From NCBI GenBank assembly GCA_965153455.1, contig OZ234494.1:6014001-6078000 (forward strand): DNA of 64,000 bases. Direction: 5' to 3'. The stretch is from Sphagnum compactum. Lineage: Eukaryota. This document shows, piece by piece, positions 1 to 11,931 of this stretch. The translations under genes and the position numbers were made by a program. How positions within the stretch are numbered: the stretch's first letter is position 1; every line of letters starts with the position of its first letter. The notes under the pieces are model-generated. The model was given only the letters and a program-made list of their open reading frames with translations, was not told the origin of the DNA and ran no database searches.

Positions 1-2337
1 GTTGGACACCTGAACTACATGAGCGCTTTATCGACGCTGTCACTCAATTGGGTGGACCTGATCGTGAGTTTCCCTTCTATCAATTGTACCTTTTATTGTG
101 CTCTTTAGTATTTGGTAGCCTTTTTCTCAGAGACTGGCAACTGCTTGTATTTTAGTGTCTACGAAAGTGGAGATGCCATTAGGCTATGGGCTTGACCAAA
201 GATGGCTACCAAACAATAGTCAATTTTTGGAATGTTTGAGCCATTGGATCAGTTACATTTGATGGTCCAGGTTTTTGGTCTAAAACCCAGGGGAGGGTAG
301 ATGCTAAGTCAATTTTTGGAACATTTGAGCTGTTGGTTCAGTTCCATCTGATGGTCCATGTATTTGGCATAAAACTAGGGGTAGGTAGGTGTGAGTTGTA
401 AGAAGGATGCTGAATAAGGCAGTCACTATGTCTGGCAGCTCTTTTTGCAGCACTGCCACCACCAAATTCATACAATTTTTTCTTCCACCATTGTTTGACC
501 TAACATTTCTGCTTCTCTGTGCCAATGGCAGGTGCGACTCCAAAAGGTGTACTGAAGGTCATGGGTGTGCAAGGTCTTACAATTTACCATGTAAAGAGTC
601 ACTTGCAAGTAAGTTAAAAAAAACTCTATAGAATTACCCTACCATGCTGCAAAAGGCATGCTGTAAAATGGGTCAGGAAATGGGTTTCTTTTTTAATTAT
701 GTAGACCACATTCTTGTTTCAATGGATAGTATGTCTGGAGGATGTTCCTCTGTTTGAGGGCCTAGGAACAGGGCAGGAGTCGAAGTTCTTTGTGCCTGAA
801 AACAGAGGAATGCCCTCTGGACTGGCCTTTCTCTATGTAAAACATTGACCCAATTTGAAAGGAACCTGCTAGGAGGATGACCTTACAGATTCATAAGCTC
901 CCAGCCTGCTTAAAAGTTCTTCTGTGCAAGGAAGTGCCTGCAAATATGAAGAGAAATTTTGGTCAATGTTTTACATACAAGCAACAGGGTATATTGGTAA
1001 CAGAATGATTGGTTTCTTTTTCTTGTACCACATTTAATCAACCTTCACAAAAATGTAGACAAAGCTCATGCTTCTGTAACCAAATCACAAAAAAATTGGT
1101 CTACAATGTGAGCGATGGATGTTGAAGCTTTTGACTGTATTTCATGTTTCTTTTTGCACACTGCAGAAGTACCGGTTGGCAAAGTATATTCCTGACTCTT
1201 TATCAGATGGTACATTACTCTTCTTTCCTGCACTGTCATGGAAACGCTCTTCCCTACATCCCCCACCAACCTTAACCAGAGAAACTGAGTTCTATCAGTA
1301 AAATTCAGAATGGGTTGCGAGTATTACTAGTAATTGATAAGATTGTGATTTAATGAATTAACACTTGAAACATCACTCCATGTCATCACACCTCAATCCT
1401 TTCTTTTGCAGGAAAATATGGTTTTTCTTTCTGCTAAAAGAAAGCTCAATTTGAGTGAGAAAACTTGGTGATAATTGTGTTCATTTATCTTTATGATACA
1501 TGTCGAAATTTGGCGATTGATGACTGGTGTGCATAATAGGTGGTGCAGGAGGCATTTCTGACAAGAAGAACCCAGCAGACATGTTTCCATCTCTGGAACC
1601 AACATCGTGAGTTTTGGCTTCTGTACCTTAAACTTTGTGTGTGATAAGATACTAAGATCTATGATATACACATATATTATAAATCTCTTGCATCTACATT
1701 CATGGGTCTGCCTTCTATGAATTGTCTCCTTGCCAGTTGTCTATTTCGTAGAGATCAGCACCGAAAGGCAATGTTGTGTTGCAAATCTTATCAGGGGTAT
1801 TCAAATTACGGAGGCGTTGCGTATGCAAATGGAAGTGCAGAAGCGTCTGCATGAGCAGCTTGAGGTACAATGTGTCTTTTTGATGCTCTAGTTTGTGGCT
1901 TTAGACCAGAGGCTAACTGCCAGCCTTCAGACCTTCGCAACAGAGGGACAAAAAGAGTTAATGGAATGAAAGTATGTTACATTTATAGGCTATAGGTGAT
2001 TCCTTTTGAGGTCAGAAACAAACTGAATATCAGCTCTCGGATATAGGTCCAACGCAATTTGCAACTACGCATTGAGGCTCAGGGGAAGTACTTACAGCAG
2101 ATTATTGAAGAGCAGCAGAAGCTCAATGCCCTCAATAGTACACCTATAGCCAGTGATACTGATGAAGCTGCGGCCCCAGGTTTTAAGCCACCACTTGCTG
2201 AGACGGTTGATAAGGTGGAAATCAAGGTGCCACCTGATATAACAACTGAGGCCCCTGGTCCATCTGGTAGTCTGGTACCAACTGAAGCTTCTGGACTCAA
2301 CTCACAGACCCCACAATCTGAGTATGCTAAAAGTTAG
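1..2337 (+). CDS. PHR1-like (PHL) MYB-CC / GARP transcription factor, 5'-partial. Exons 1-63, 532-608, 1167-1209, 1540-1606, 1795-1864, 2047-2337
   Basis: Spliced translation gives [56 protein letters not shown] (SHLQKY-class Myb domain) and [45 protein letters not shown] (LHEQLE coiled coil). All introns are GT-AG with matching phases. The start codon lies upstream of the window. Confidence 0.95.
218..381. repeat. Tandem duplication (~89-bp period, 2 diverged copies) in PHL intron 1
   Basis: agtcaatttttggaatgtttgagccattggatcagttacatttgatggtccag (from 218) recurs as agtcaatttttggaacatttgagctgttggttcagttccatctgatggtccatg (from 307). Confidence 0.8.
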
Positions 2338-4003
2338 TATGAAGGTGCCATAACATTCACACATCTATCTGTGCCAGGTGGTTTGCCACTCCAGCCAGTA
2401 ACAATCAAAACTCAACTAGAAGATGTAGTAGGTGAATCAGTTGAGGGACAGGAATCATCTGAGACAGCTCAGGCTGCCATTCAATTTTGTTTACTGGTTC
2501 AGGGACATGGAGGTGGATCATTGCAACCAAATTACTCAAGTCTCCCTCAAGAAACTAGCTTTTAATCTCCCCAGGATGAAGGTTCTCATCATCAAAATGC
2601 TGAGTCCGCAGAGTTACTCCAAGGGCAACCTCCAAAGATTTTACACTGTACAAAACAATGACCATAAAAACCTTGTCCTCTTACAAATGCAAGGTCCTTG
2701 GAGTCAGGCTCCTTCAAGTTAAGCACTATCGGTTAGGATGTAATGCAAATGAACATCTGACATGGTGGAAAGAGTGGCTGCACACAACTAGGTGTCAGAA
2801 GGGTGTTACATGCAATGGTTAATCCTCTTAAAACTTTTGGATTTGGAAGTTTTCCTCCAATTGGATCATCATCTTGCACTTTTGGCTCTATAATGCCTTT
2901 TTGCTGCTCTTAAGGAGCACAGACAAAGTCATACGTTGCTATGAACTAGATTTGCACTTGCAAAAGATTTTGACATTTTCCACCTTGATGTGTCCTTAGC
3001 ATAACCTAAAGTAAGAGTCATCTGCTCAGGTAACAGAACTAATTTGCAGAAGATCCAGCAGCTTCAACTCAAAAGCTCAATTTGAAACCTAGATTCTTCA
3101 GTTGAACAACTGCTGAGTTACACCATAGCAAGTTGAGTACCATGGCATTAAGGATATTTTTTGTTCACACCAATAATATAAGATAGTAAAAAAGAGGGTA
3201 GGGAAACAACTTTTACAACTGCAGTGAGCAAGGCTCATGGAAAAACCCAATGGTTGTTGGCATGGGTGTAACCAGGAGATGCTTGTATGTCCAGTTGTAA
3301 ACATTTAGGTCAAAATTTGTCATAGGCTATTTGATTGAAGGCAATCTTATTTTATAATATAACGTATAACAACACACCAAAACTTCACTTCCCATCTTTT
3401 GTACGTGTAAAACAAACATCACTTGGTGTTAGCTAAATCATCACATTCATAACAAATATTTGTGTTTTCCAAGTCACAATCATAAACCCTAGGACTTATG
3501 AATAGGGCTAGCAAACCCACCAAAAACCCCATACATTATTTCAATTGTGCACCCAAAAGACAATTTTGTTGAGAAGAGATGATCTACTGTAAAAACACAC
3601 GAATATCTGTCACTGCTCTTGAACAAGTCTAGTGACCCCTGCAAAAGTCTTAACCCTAATAACACAAAACACTCCTATTCTTCTTTTGGTACAATACACC
3701 AATACTTAGTAATCATCACCCAAATCACAATTCTCTTCAATATTATTCATTCCTTGCCATGATCATAATACTAGCAAGGATTAGAAGCAGATTTCATTAC
3801 ATCATCCCAAAATCTACTGGTACATATTTGTATACAGCAAAAAAACCATCAAAGACAGGATTTTGGTGGGGTGCATCCATCCCCACCCTTGCTCAGTGAC
3901 GACCATTTGCAAAGCAAATAATGTTCTCAAAGCAAAACAAGATGATCCTACCTTGAGAGAGGGCTGTTGCAAGCCAGACAGGTAGTTTTGGACTTTTGTG
4001 GAT

Positions 4004-4724
4004 TCATGAGGTGAGGTTGAGCTGCGATCGTTTGGCTGCATACCGCCATGCATCTGCCTCCAATTTTTGCTTCTCTCTCCTCAGGGATGCTAATAAATCC
4101 TCCATCAATGCTGTGAAGCAAAATCAAGTTCCTCAGTCAATAATTATATGTGCATCCATCCCTTTGGGATATTGAAACTGGTTTGTGGCTGACATGAAGA
4201 ATGATGTCTTGGATGCTTGAGAAGGAAACAGAAAGAAAACGAAACACACAATGTGTTGGATGCTGGAGAAGAAAAACCACAGGAAGAAACAATATCTGTT
4301 CGATATATATTTCTCAAGAAGAAGAAGAACGACAACGACAACAAAAAAAATTCCTCATAAGAAACATAATGTGTTGGATGCTCGGGAAGGAAGAAACACA
4401 AATTTGTCTTGGATGCTTGAGAAGAAGAAAAAACAAACAAGGAACAAGGAAGGTCTTAGATGCTCAAGAAGGAACACAAGAAATGTGTGGGAACAAATGC
4501 GTGCGTGCGTGCGAGCTCGCTCGCGCACCTTGCTCAGTCTCGGCCTTGCGATCCAGAGTGAAGGTTAGATCTTCGGCCAAGCGATCCAGGAGCGCACAGT
4601 CATCCTGAGGTGCCATAGCTGCTGCTGCTGCTGCAGCAGCAGCAGCAGCAGCAGACGTTGAAGCAGCAGATGAGGATGTCCCCGCGCGCATAGGCGACGG
4701 CAGCATCGAAGAAGCCCCCTGCAT
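4004..4724 (-). CDS. SAMBA: SAMBA-like APC/C-associated small protein, 100 aa. Exons 4724-4529 and 4110-4004
   Basis: A phase-1 GT-AG intron (CAAG|GTGCGC ... TTCACAG|CA) joins MQGASSMLPSPMRAGTSSSAASTS(A)nMAPQDDCALLDRLAEDLTFTLDRKAETEQ to ALMEDLLASLRREKQKLEADAWRYAAKRSQLNLTS*. The size, low-complexity N-terminus and C-terminal R-K..DL..L....LE.D.W....RS..L.S pattern match angiosperm SAMBA as I recall it. Confidence 0.8.
4200..4490. repeat. Imperfect minisatellite in the SAMBA intron
   Basis: About 5 copies of a unit resembling tgt(c)ttggatgct(t/c)gagaag(g)aagaaacaca. Confidence 0.7.
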
Positions 4725-5638
4725 GCCGCTCCTTCCTTGTCGTCCCTTCTTCTTCTTCTTCTTCTTCCAAATCCCACTACTGTTGTGTCGTGGTGACTCT
4801 CTCCAGGGCGGCGAACTTCGCCCTGGACCGGCAAATGGTTCGAGCGGTGGGGCCGGGGCGGGCGCGCGGGCGGGCGGGCGGATGGAAGAAGTTTCTTGTG
4901 CGGGTGACGATGTGATGCAATTGGGGTGGATGGAAAGCTCTCACGTTGGTTTCTCGTGTCGTGCAGATGGATCGGCGGAGATGAAAGAAAGCAGGGTGAC
5001 GACGCACGCAATCCATGGCTGTCGACGGAGTTCGTTGGCAACGGACGAGAATGGGCCAGGAAACGTAGCCGGAAGTCGAGTCACACTGCCAGGGAAGGAA
5101 GGAAGGAAGGAAGGAAACGAAACGAAACGAAACGAAACGAAACGAAAGGGAAGGGAAGCGAAGAAAGAAGAGGAGTTTCGGAAGATGCGCCTGCCGCACA
5201 GAGGGGGAGAGAGAGCGAGAGAGGTAGGTCCGCCGACGACGAGGAGGCGCGACACGAGGAGGTGGCTCGCTCGCTCGTTCGTTCGCTTTTCTGGTGCGGA
5301 GCAGACTAAAGAATAGGTGGCAATCTGATTGCCGTTTGCTTGTTCGCTCGCTGTGCGCAACAACACACGGTGCGAGAGGAGGGCGGATTTTTTTGTGGTA
5401 GTCAGCAGATTGTAGTAGAGCAAGTGCCGCGGCCTTTTGTGTTTTGTATTTCTTGCTGCTAGCTACGTATATTGCTCAGCTGCGCTGCACTCCCGCCTGC
5501 CCGCATTTTGTTGCGTAGGTAGGTGGGTAGGGTTTGGCAAGTTTCTTTCTCTGAAGCAGCAGCAATAATCTTGGGTCTGTCTGTCGAGCGTTAGCACTGG
5601 AGATTTGTGCACCAGTCAACCAGCCAGCCAGCGAGGAA
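4725..5638. promoter_or_regulatory. Shared divergent promoter / 5' UTR region between SAMBA-like and RING-H2 genes
   Basis: The two ATGs are ~915 bp apart, head-to-head. The region is GC-rich with (GAAAC)n, (GGAA)n and GGGC repeats. TSSs are not determined. Confidence 0.55.
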
Positions 5639-8600
5639 ATGAAGGCTTCCACCGGGAAAGAGGGTAGTGGTGGACCTGTGGAAGTGGAACTGCCGTTGAA
5701 GGGATTTCTGCCTCGACGCGGAGGAGGAGGAGGAGGACCTGCCGCTGCATCGAGGCAGAACAACCGGGGAATGGAGGTGGGAAACAAGTATGACGCTGCT
5801 GGTGGTGCTGGTCATCATCATCATCATGCGATGGAGGAGGAGAGAGTTCCAGCAGCAGCAGCGGACAAGGGAAAGCTTTCTGTAAGTACAAACCCCACTC
5901 GTCTCTCTTTGTCGGGGCGTCAGATCGAGCAAAGTTCCCGTCGCCTTTACCATGGTAAAGCTGGCGTCGACCTCGATTCCAACAACGGTGTGGCCGCTGC
6001 GCAAACAAGCTCTATTGTGATGATGGACGCTGAAGAAGGAAGAAGAAGAAGCAGGAAGAAAGCTTGGTTGCACAGCACACATGGTAAGAACCCTTTGATG
6101 CTTTTTTGCATGCACAGTTGTAAGTCTCTCCATCTATGTATGTCTGGATCTCAGAGGATATGGCAACCCTGATTAGGAAGAATGCCAAGGAAATTGTGGT
6201 CTCTCAGATTCAATTCTTGGAGGTCCTGGTGATTCGGGAGCTTTAAATTAGAACTGAAGAAGAAGAGGTGCTCTTCTTCTTCTTCAGGACTTGTGCTACT
6301 TTCTGATTCTTTGCTCAATGATGATGTCGTCCGATTGTTGCATCTCACCTTTCTATGCTGCTTTTGTGCAAACCAGATGCAGATTTGGAGTTTGGATTAG
6401 CAAGTGGCTCAAGCAATGTGCCGGCAGCTGTGGTAACCGAACAGGAAGGTGAAGAAGGTGAAAGGCCTGTGACCATGGATCAGGGAGAGATTCGGCCTCC
6501 TGGGAACTCTTCAGAAGCAGCTGGAGCAGAGATTGTCCAAAAGGTTGGGATGGGTCTTCGGTTGTATACAGGGAAAGAGAGAGCACAGTCACATGACAGC
6601 AGTGATAGCGGTGATGATTCAGGAAGGCAGAGAACTAGGTCTTGGATTCCTGGTTCAGACAAACAAAAGTTTGCCCATCCAGCTTCATCAATAGACAGAG
6701 AGAACATATATGGAAACTCTTATGTCAGCAGGCTTGGCAAGGAGTCGAGTGTTGCTGGTAGCAGCTCTGCAGTCGAGTATCAGTTACCAGAAGAGAATGG
6801 AACAGAGATTGAGAAGTGTGAAACACCTCGCACTCGACTGTTACTGCCGTCACTTAATAATAGCAGGATATCTGGACAGAGTGGTGTCTTGCTTGCAGAG
6901 CAGCAGCATATCAGACATGATGCAGTAGCTTCTTCAGGAGATGTCTCTGGTTTTCCAGTTGATGATAAGAAACTCCACAGTTTGAGAGAAAAGAAAAAGA
7001 GGAAACAAGTTGAAATGCACGTTGCAGTGGGTGACCCTCAAGGGCCCCTCATTCACCAGCCTCAAGCTGTAGCAGCTGGCTCAGAGGAAGAGATTTTGCA
7101 GCCAGCGGTTGGTTTGACAAGTTTGACATTGAACAATGCTTGGAGTCGTCCATTGGAGCATGCTACCAGTGTTGATAAGACTGGAGACATGGGCCGAAGG
7201 AAGCGGCTTAAAGAGCATGCTGGAGATCTTTCCCTTTCTAATGCAGCAAGTGCTATGCAGGAGGTGGTGGATTTGTCTTCACCATCTCCTGACACTCATG
7301 GAATACAAAGGTATGAGTACTTACATGGATTATATCAGAAGCAATTGAGTTGCTCACCAGCTCCTTTGTATGCCGCCTCAGGCAAACAGTATTTCCATTC
7401 CTTTTGTGTCTTCCCTGAACATGCATATGTATGACTGACACTGTTGTTCAACCTGCTCATTAATTCTGTTTTGTGGTCTGGTTTTCTCTTCGGGGTGGGG
7501 TTTCCTCTTTTTCATGGTTGCTGACACTGTCTGGTTTTTGCATCAGATCTGAAATATCCCAGTTCCTTATTACATGCTTGTATCCAAATTCTTTTCAGGT
7601 TGCCTTAAATTTTAAGTATTGAGAAATTCTCATGAAGATGATATTTATGGATTCTGAAAACCAAGAGTAGAAGTGGGTTTTGTGGGTTGAATGTTGAATC
7701 TTGTTGCCACTCCAGTAGAAAGAGAATGGATAAGTATTGTTTATTCTTTCTTTATAACCTTGAAGGTAAGTCAAGTAGTGAGAAGTTGCCCAGAGTTCAT
7801 AAACCTACTCCTATGTTATGGAGAAAAGGTCTGAAGTCTTCAGGTCCTTTAATGCTGCTTACAAGGTTAAAGCAAAATGTGACCCTTGTCTTCTTTTGTG
7901 TTGCTTGGAAGTTCCATAAAATCCCCATGAAGCTGAAATGCATAAATGGGGTCAGTTCCTCTTCTCCCAGAAGTTTTGAAGTGATTAAGCTCCTTCTATA
8001 AAGCTATCCTGCTGGTGGTCAATCACCTTTGGGTTGCAGGAAGGTTTTCCCTCACATAACATAAGTTGGGTTATCTAAAACTCCCTGGGGGGCAGTTGAA
8101 AGTTCTCGGATCTCTCAAGGTCTAATGCTGACAGATCTTCTCCCCTTCTGTTGCAGTCCTTTGATTTCTCAACCTCTCCTCTTTCTTTGTTTGGCTGGCA
8201 CACCACTCTTGTCCTCTATGTTAGTCATTGGATGCTCCAAACTGTGCCCAGGAAGATGGCATTCTGTTATATGCTTGTGATCAGTCCACACTTGATTCAA
8301 TAATATGCTTATAAAGAAGAATGTCTTGTATCTGGCATGTTGGTAGGTTCTGCATTGTCCAAGATCTTCAGATAACTGTGACAATTGCATTCAAGGGAGT
8401 CATTTTTCAGATATTCAGGGCCAATTCTGATCAAGGAAGTGGTTTGTTGGTTACTGGGCACAGTGGACATGCAAGACTTCTGCATAACAAACCAGAGGGG
8501 AGGGTAACATCTCCTGAACATGCTCTTAATGGATATCAAACAGAGGGATCTGAGGAACTACTCATGGGTGGACACAGTACCAGGTCTGCCAGGACTAGTG

Positions 8601-11600
8601 TTCCAAGAAATCCAAGATTATGGTATGGCTCCAGCTCACAGGCTCTGGGTTCATCAGCAATGGCACAGTACAGTAATAGTAATAAACTTGGACACTTTGC
8701 AGGCTTGTTCATTCAAGGCAGTGATGTGCCGAATTCTTCTTCAGGGGTCTTTTCTGGAAGAGAGCTTCATCTGGGCTCAGGAAGGGAGGTATCTCAAGAT
8801 GTGATAGATCTTGCTAGTGATGATGGCAGGAGCCAGCTAGAGATGTCGTCTTCATTTCCACATGACCACAGTGGAGAGTCAGGGCCTTCACAACATTCTG
8901 GAGTCTCTGTTCCAAGGAGATCTAATCAGCGTCACCTCTATGGATATGCCCAACGGGCCAGGAGCAGGGTTAATCCTCAGGAACCAATTGACTTGGAAGA
9001 AGACTATCCACTTCGGAATGACATTAGTCAGAGTATCCCATGGGATGGGAATTCAGTACAAGCTCTTGCAGAGCCGTACACTCTACGGAGCAATCAGAGA
9101 GTAAACACCGGTGCTTCAAGAAATAGTAGCTCATTGGAGCCGGAAGACTCAAATGATCTGCCAGTGCAAGAAGATGGTTCTCAATCAGGTAGGAATTGGT
9201 TTTTGACTACAGCCTCAGGTCTTGGGTTCTCAGAGTTATGGAGAGGTTTGTGTAGGCAGGTGGGATCTGTGAGGGGGGAAGAGAGTGGGGACCTGGAACT
9301 GGCCTGGTCCATGGAGCTGGATGACCCAAACCCAACTATGGTAGATTCTTGTACACCTGAGACCAGGATTGCCTTGGATGATGATGATGCAGATACTGAA
9401 AGATCACGCCAGTTGGCTGAAGATGAAAGGCTAGCTCGAGAGCTGCAGGACTCCTTTGTGTCTGAAGCAGTAGTAGCAGATCAAACACCGGTACGCATTG
9501 CATTTATTCAGGTTGTAGATGGAAAGATAGGACTTGGGGGGTTTAACTGTTGCTTGGCCAGCGTATTCTTGGATGCTTAAATGTTTGTGTTCTGTGTTGA
9601 ATTTATAGTGTAACAGCCCAAGTACTCTAAGTAATGGATGTAGAAGCTCCAAGCATGCTGCTTTTGCTGTGGTTTGACTGGATGAGAGTGATTTTTCTAT
9701 GCTTGAATAGAATAGCTGTTAGATCAGAGACTCAGAAGCAGGATGCATGATGATTGGGATTCTGTGTTGGTGGGGTCATTAGGATGATGAGGTTTTGGCA
9801 AGAATGTTGCAAGAGGAAGAGAATCTGCATGGGCGAAGACTTCCGATCATGTACCCTGGTGCTTCTGAGATGCAGGTTAGTTGGTATTGTTTTATTTTTA
9901 CAGTGTATTTATGGCATGTTTGTTGGTGTGACATGAACATCTGGAGGTTTCCCACTTGCCAGAAATTCCATTTTGAGCATTGTGACCACTCTATCCCATT
10001 GCTTGTTTTTAGGTTGCTAGGTCCATATAAATTATTTGAATGCACTAAAAGTGACTTATGTATATATCCTGTGTAGGAATTCTTGGCAGAAATGGGGAAT
10101 CAAAGGGAAGCACGAAGGGCTTGGCGAACTGGATTGACACAGGCCCAAACCGAACAGTCAGATTTCTCTGCATCAACCTCCAGGGTAGCACGCTTGCCTG
10201 TATATGGCCGCAGTGCTGCACTATCCCGCACAAGAAGTTTGTATCCTGCATTTTCAGCTTCAATAAATGTAGAGCAAACAAGGGCTCAATTAGCCATGGC
10301 CCTGGAAATGGTATACTTATTTCTCCTGTGTTCCGCTCTACCATATGGCTTTTTTGCTGCTTTACTTGGGAACCTTCTTTCCATTTTGTTCTGTTTTAGA
10401 GGTGCCTGGCCCTGAATTTTACAGAACTGTGTATAATAGGCTGGAATCATGAGTGCCTGTGACAAATGTTTCTGTCAATCCAGCTTGTTATAAATGACAT
10501 GTTTCATATAGTGTTTGAACAGTTCTTGTTAATTTGCATAGTGTTATACTGGTGTGAATACAGAGGTATGCAGCATTGGACGCTTTCCAGCAGCAACTCC
10601 CTGTAGGTTTACAGCTCGCACATCTTGACAGAGATTTTAATGAGTATGTCAGCTTATTCTCACCTATTCATGACCCTTGTTGCTCAGTCATGGATCCATC
10701 ATGAATGTCTCATAGTATTTCTGAAAAATTGCATTGGTACTCAGTCTGCATGGTCCTCTTGAAGGTGATATTTTGTGAGACACTTGTAAGGTTATGATTC
10801 ATTCTTGCGGTGTATATTATTGGTATGCTGGAACTGACATAGTGCTTACCTTTGAAGTGTTATTGTGGAGTTTTCTTTGCAATCTCATAGAAAGACTTGG
10901 ACACTTCAGGTGGAAATATTTGCATATAAAGTATTTGGCAAGAGTTGTGCTCAGTTTGAAATATTTGCACTGAATTTTTTTAAGATTGGTACCACAGTGG
11001 GCCTTTTCCAGTCGGGGCAATGACCTTCCATTGTGATTTTGTGTTTCATCATGTGGGCAATTTGACGTTGACACTTTATGGTTGTCTTTACTGTTGCATC
11101 ACAGAAATGATTACGAAATGTTGCTGGCATTAGACACAGACAATGATGCACACCGTGGTGCATCTCAAGAGAGCATAGGGTTATTGCCAGTCACAACAAT
11201 TGCAGTATGCATCTCCCCTATTCCTGTTGTTGTTGCACCCTGGGTTGGATAACTTTCCACTTGGTGTTCTTTGAAGATTTCTTATAATCTGCATTTCCTT
11301 GACATAATTCTAATTGCCAATTGCTGCTTATCAACTATGCTAGGGTTGTAAGTGCTCTTGGTTTAGATGGATTATCTGTACGGATTGTTGCACTAAAGTT
11401 GTGTTTGCATGACTTGACACAGCCCACAGATGTGTGTGATGAGAGCTGTTCCATATGTCTGGAAGTACCAGCAGCTGGAGATGTGGTTCGCCGCCTGCCA
11501 TGCATGCATGCTTTCCATAAGCAGGTTTCTCTGAGATGCTTCTACTTCACCAGATTGGGGGACTCAGTTTTACTGATATTGTACTAAGCAGTTACAAATT

Positions 11601-11931
11601 GGGTTGTGTGTTTTTTTTTTTTGAATTTTGTAAGAAGACAGATGCCTGTTGTAGGAACACCACAGACAATTTGTCACAGCTTAAAAGTTTGGGTTTTAGA
11701 TAATTTTAGCTGATTAGCAGGGTTGGATTTGTTTTGGATTTTGATTAGAGATTCCCAATGACTGTACTATAAATATTGGTAGAAATTATGTCACATTCAA
11801 ATGAAGGTTGTGGATGTTTAGCTGATTAGCAAGGTTGGATTCTTACTTTCATTGTGGTGGGTGTGGGACAGTGTATAGACAAGTGGTTGCATCATCAGGC
11901 TGTCTGCCCTGTTTGCAAGGCCCACATCTGA
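5639..11931 (+). CDS. Large RING-H2 E3 ubiquitin ligase, ~1039 aa, with C-terminal DRDF..DYE.LLALD + RING (AT1G04790-like from memory). Exons 5639-6083, 6377-7310, 8419-9490, 9783-9875, 10077-10310, 10564-10643, 11105-11204, 11423-11524, 11872-11931
   Basis: All junctions are GT-AG and in phase; the CDS totals 3120 nt. The C-terminus reads [32 protein letters not shown]...[45 protein letters not shown], a canonical C3H2C3 RING. The 5' exons and start are less certain than the 3' exons; an alternative exon-2 acceptor exists at 6383. Confidence 0.9.

Noticed and set aside
4565-5423. Overlapping 130-200-aa ORFs on both strands
   Set aside because: They arise from stop-poor GC-rich microsatellite UTR/promoter DNA (e.g. 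RNETK and FRFVS repeats) and show no domain.
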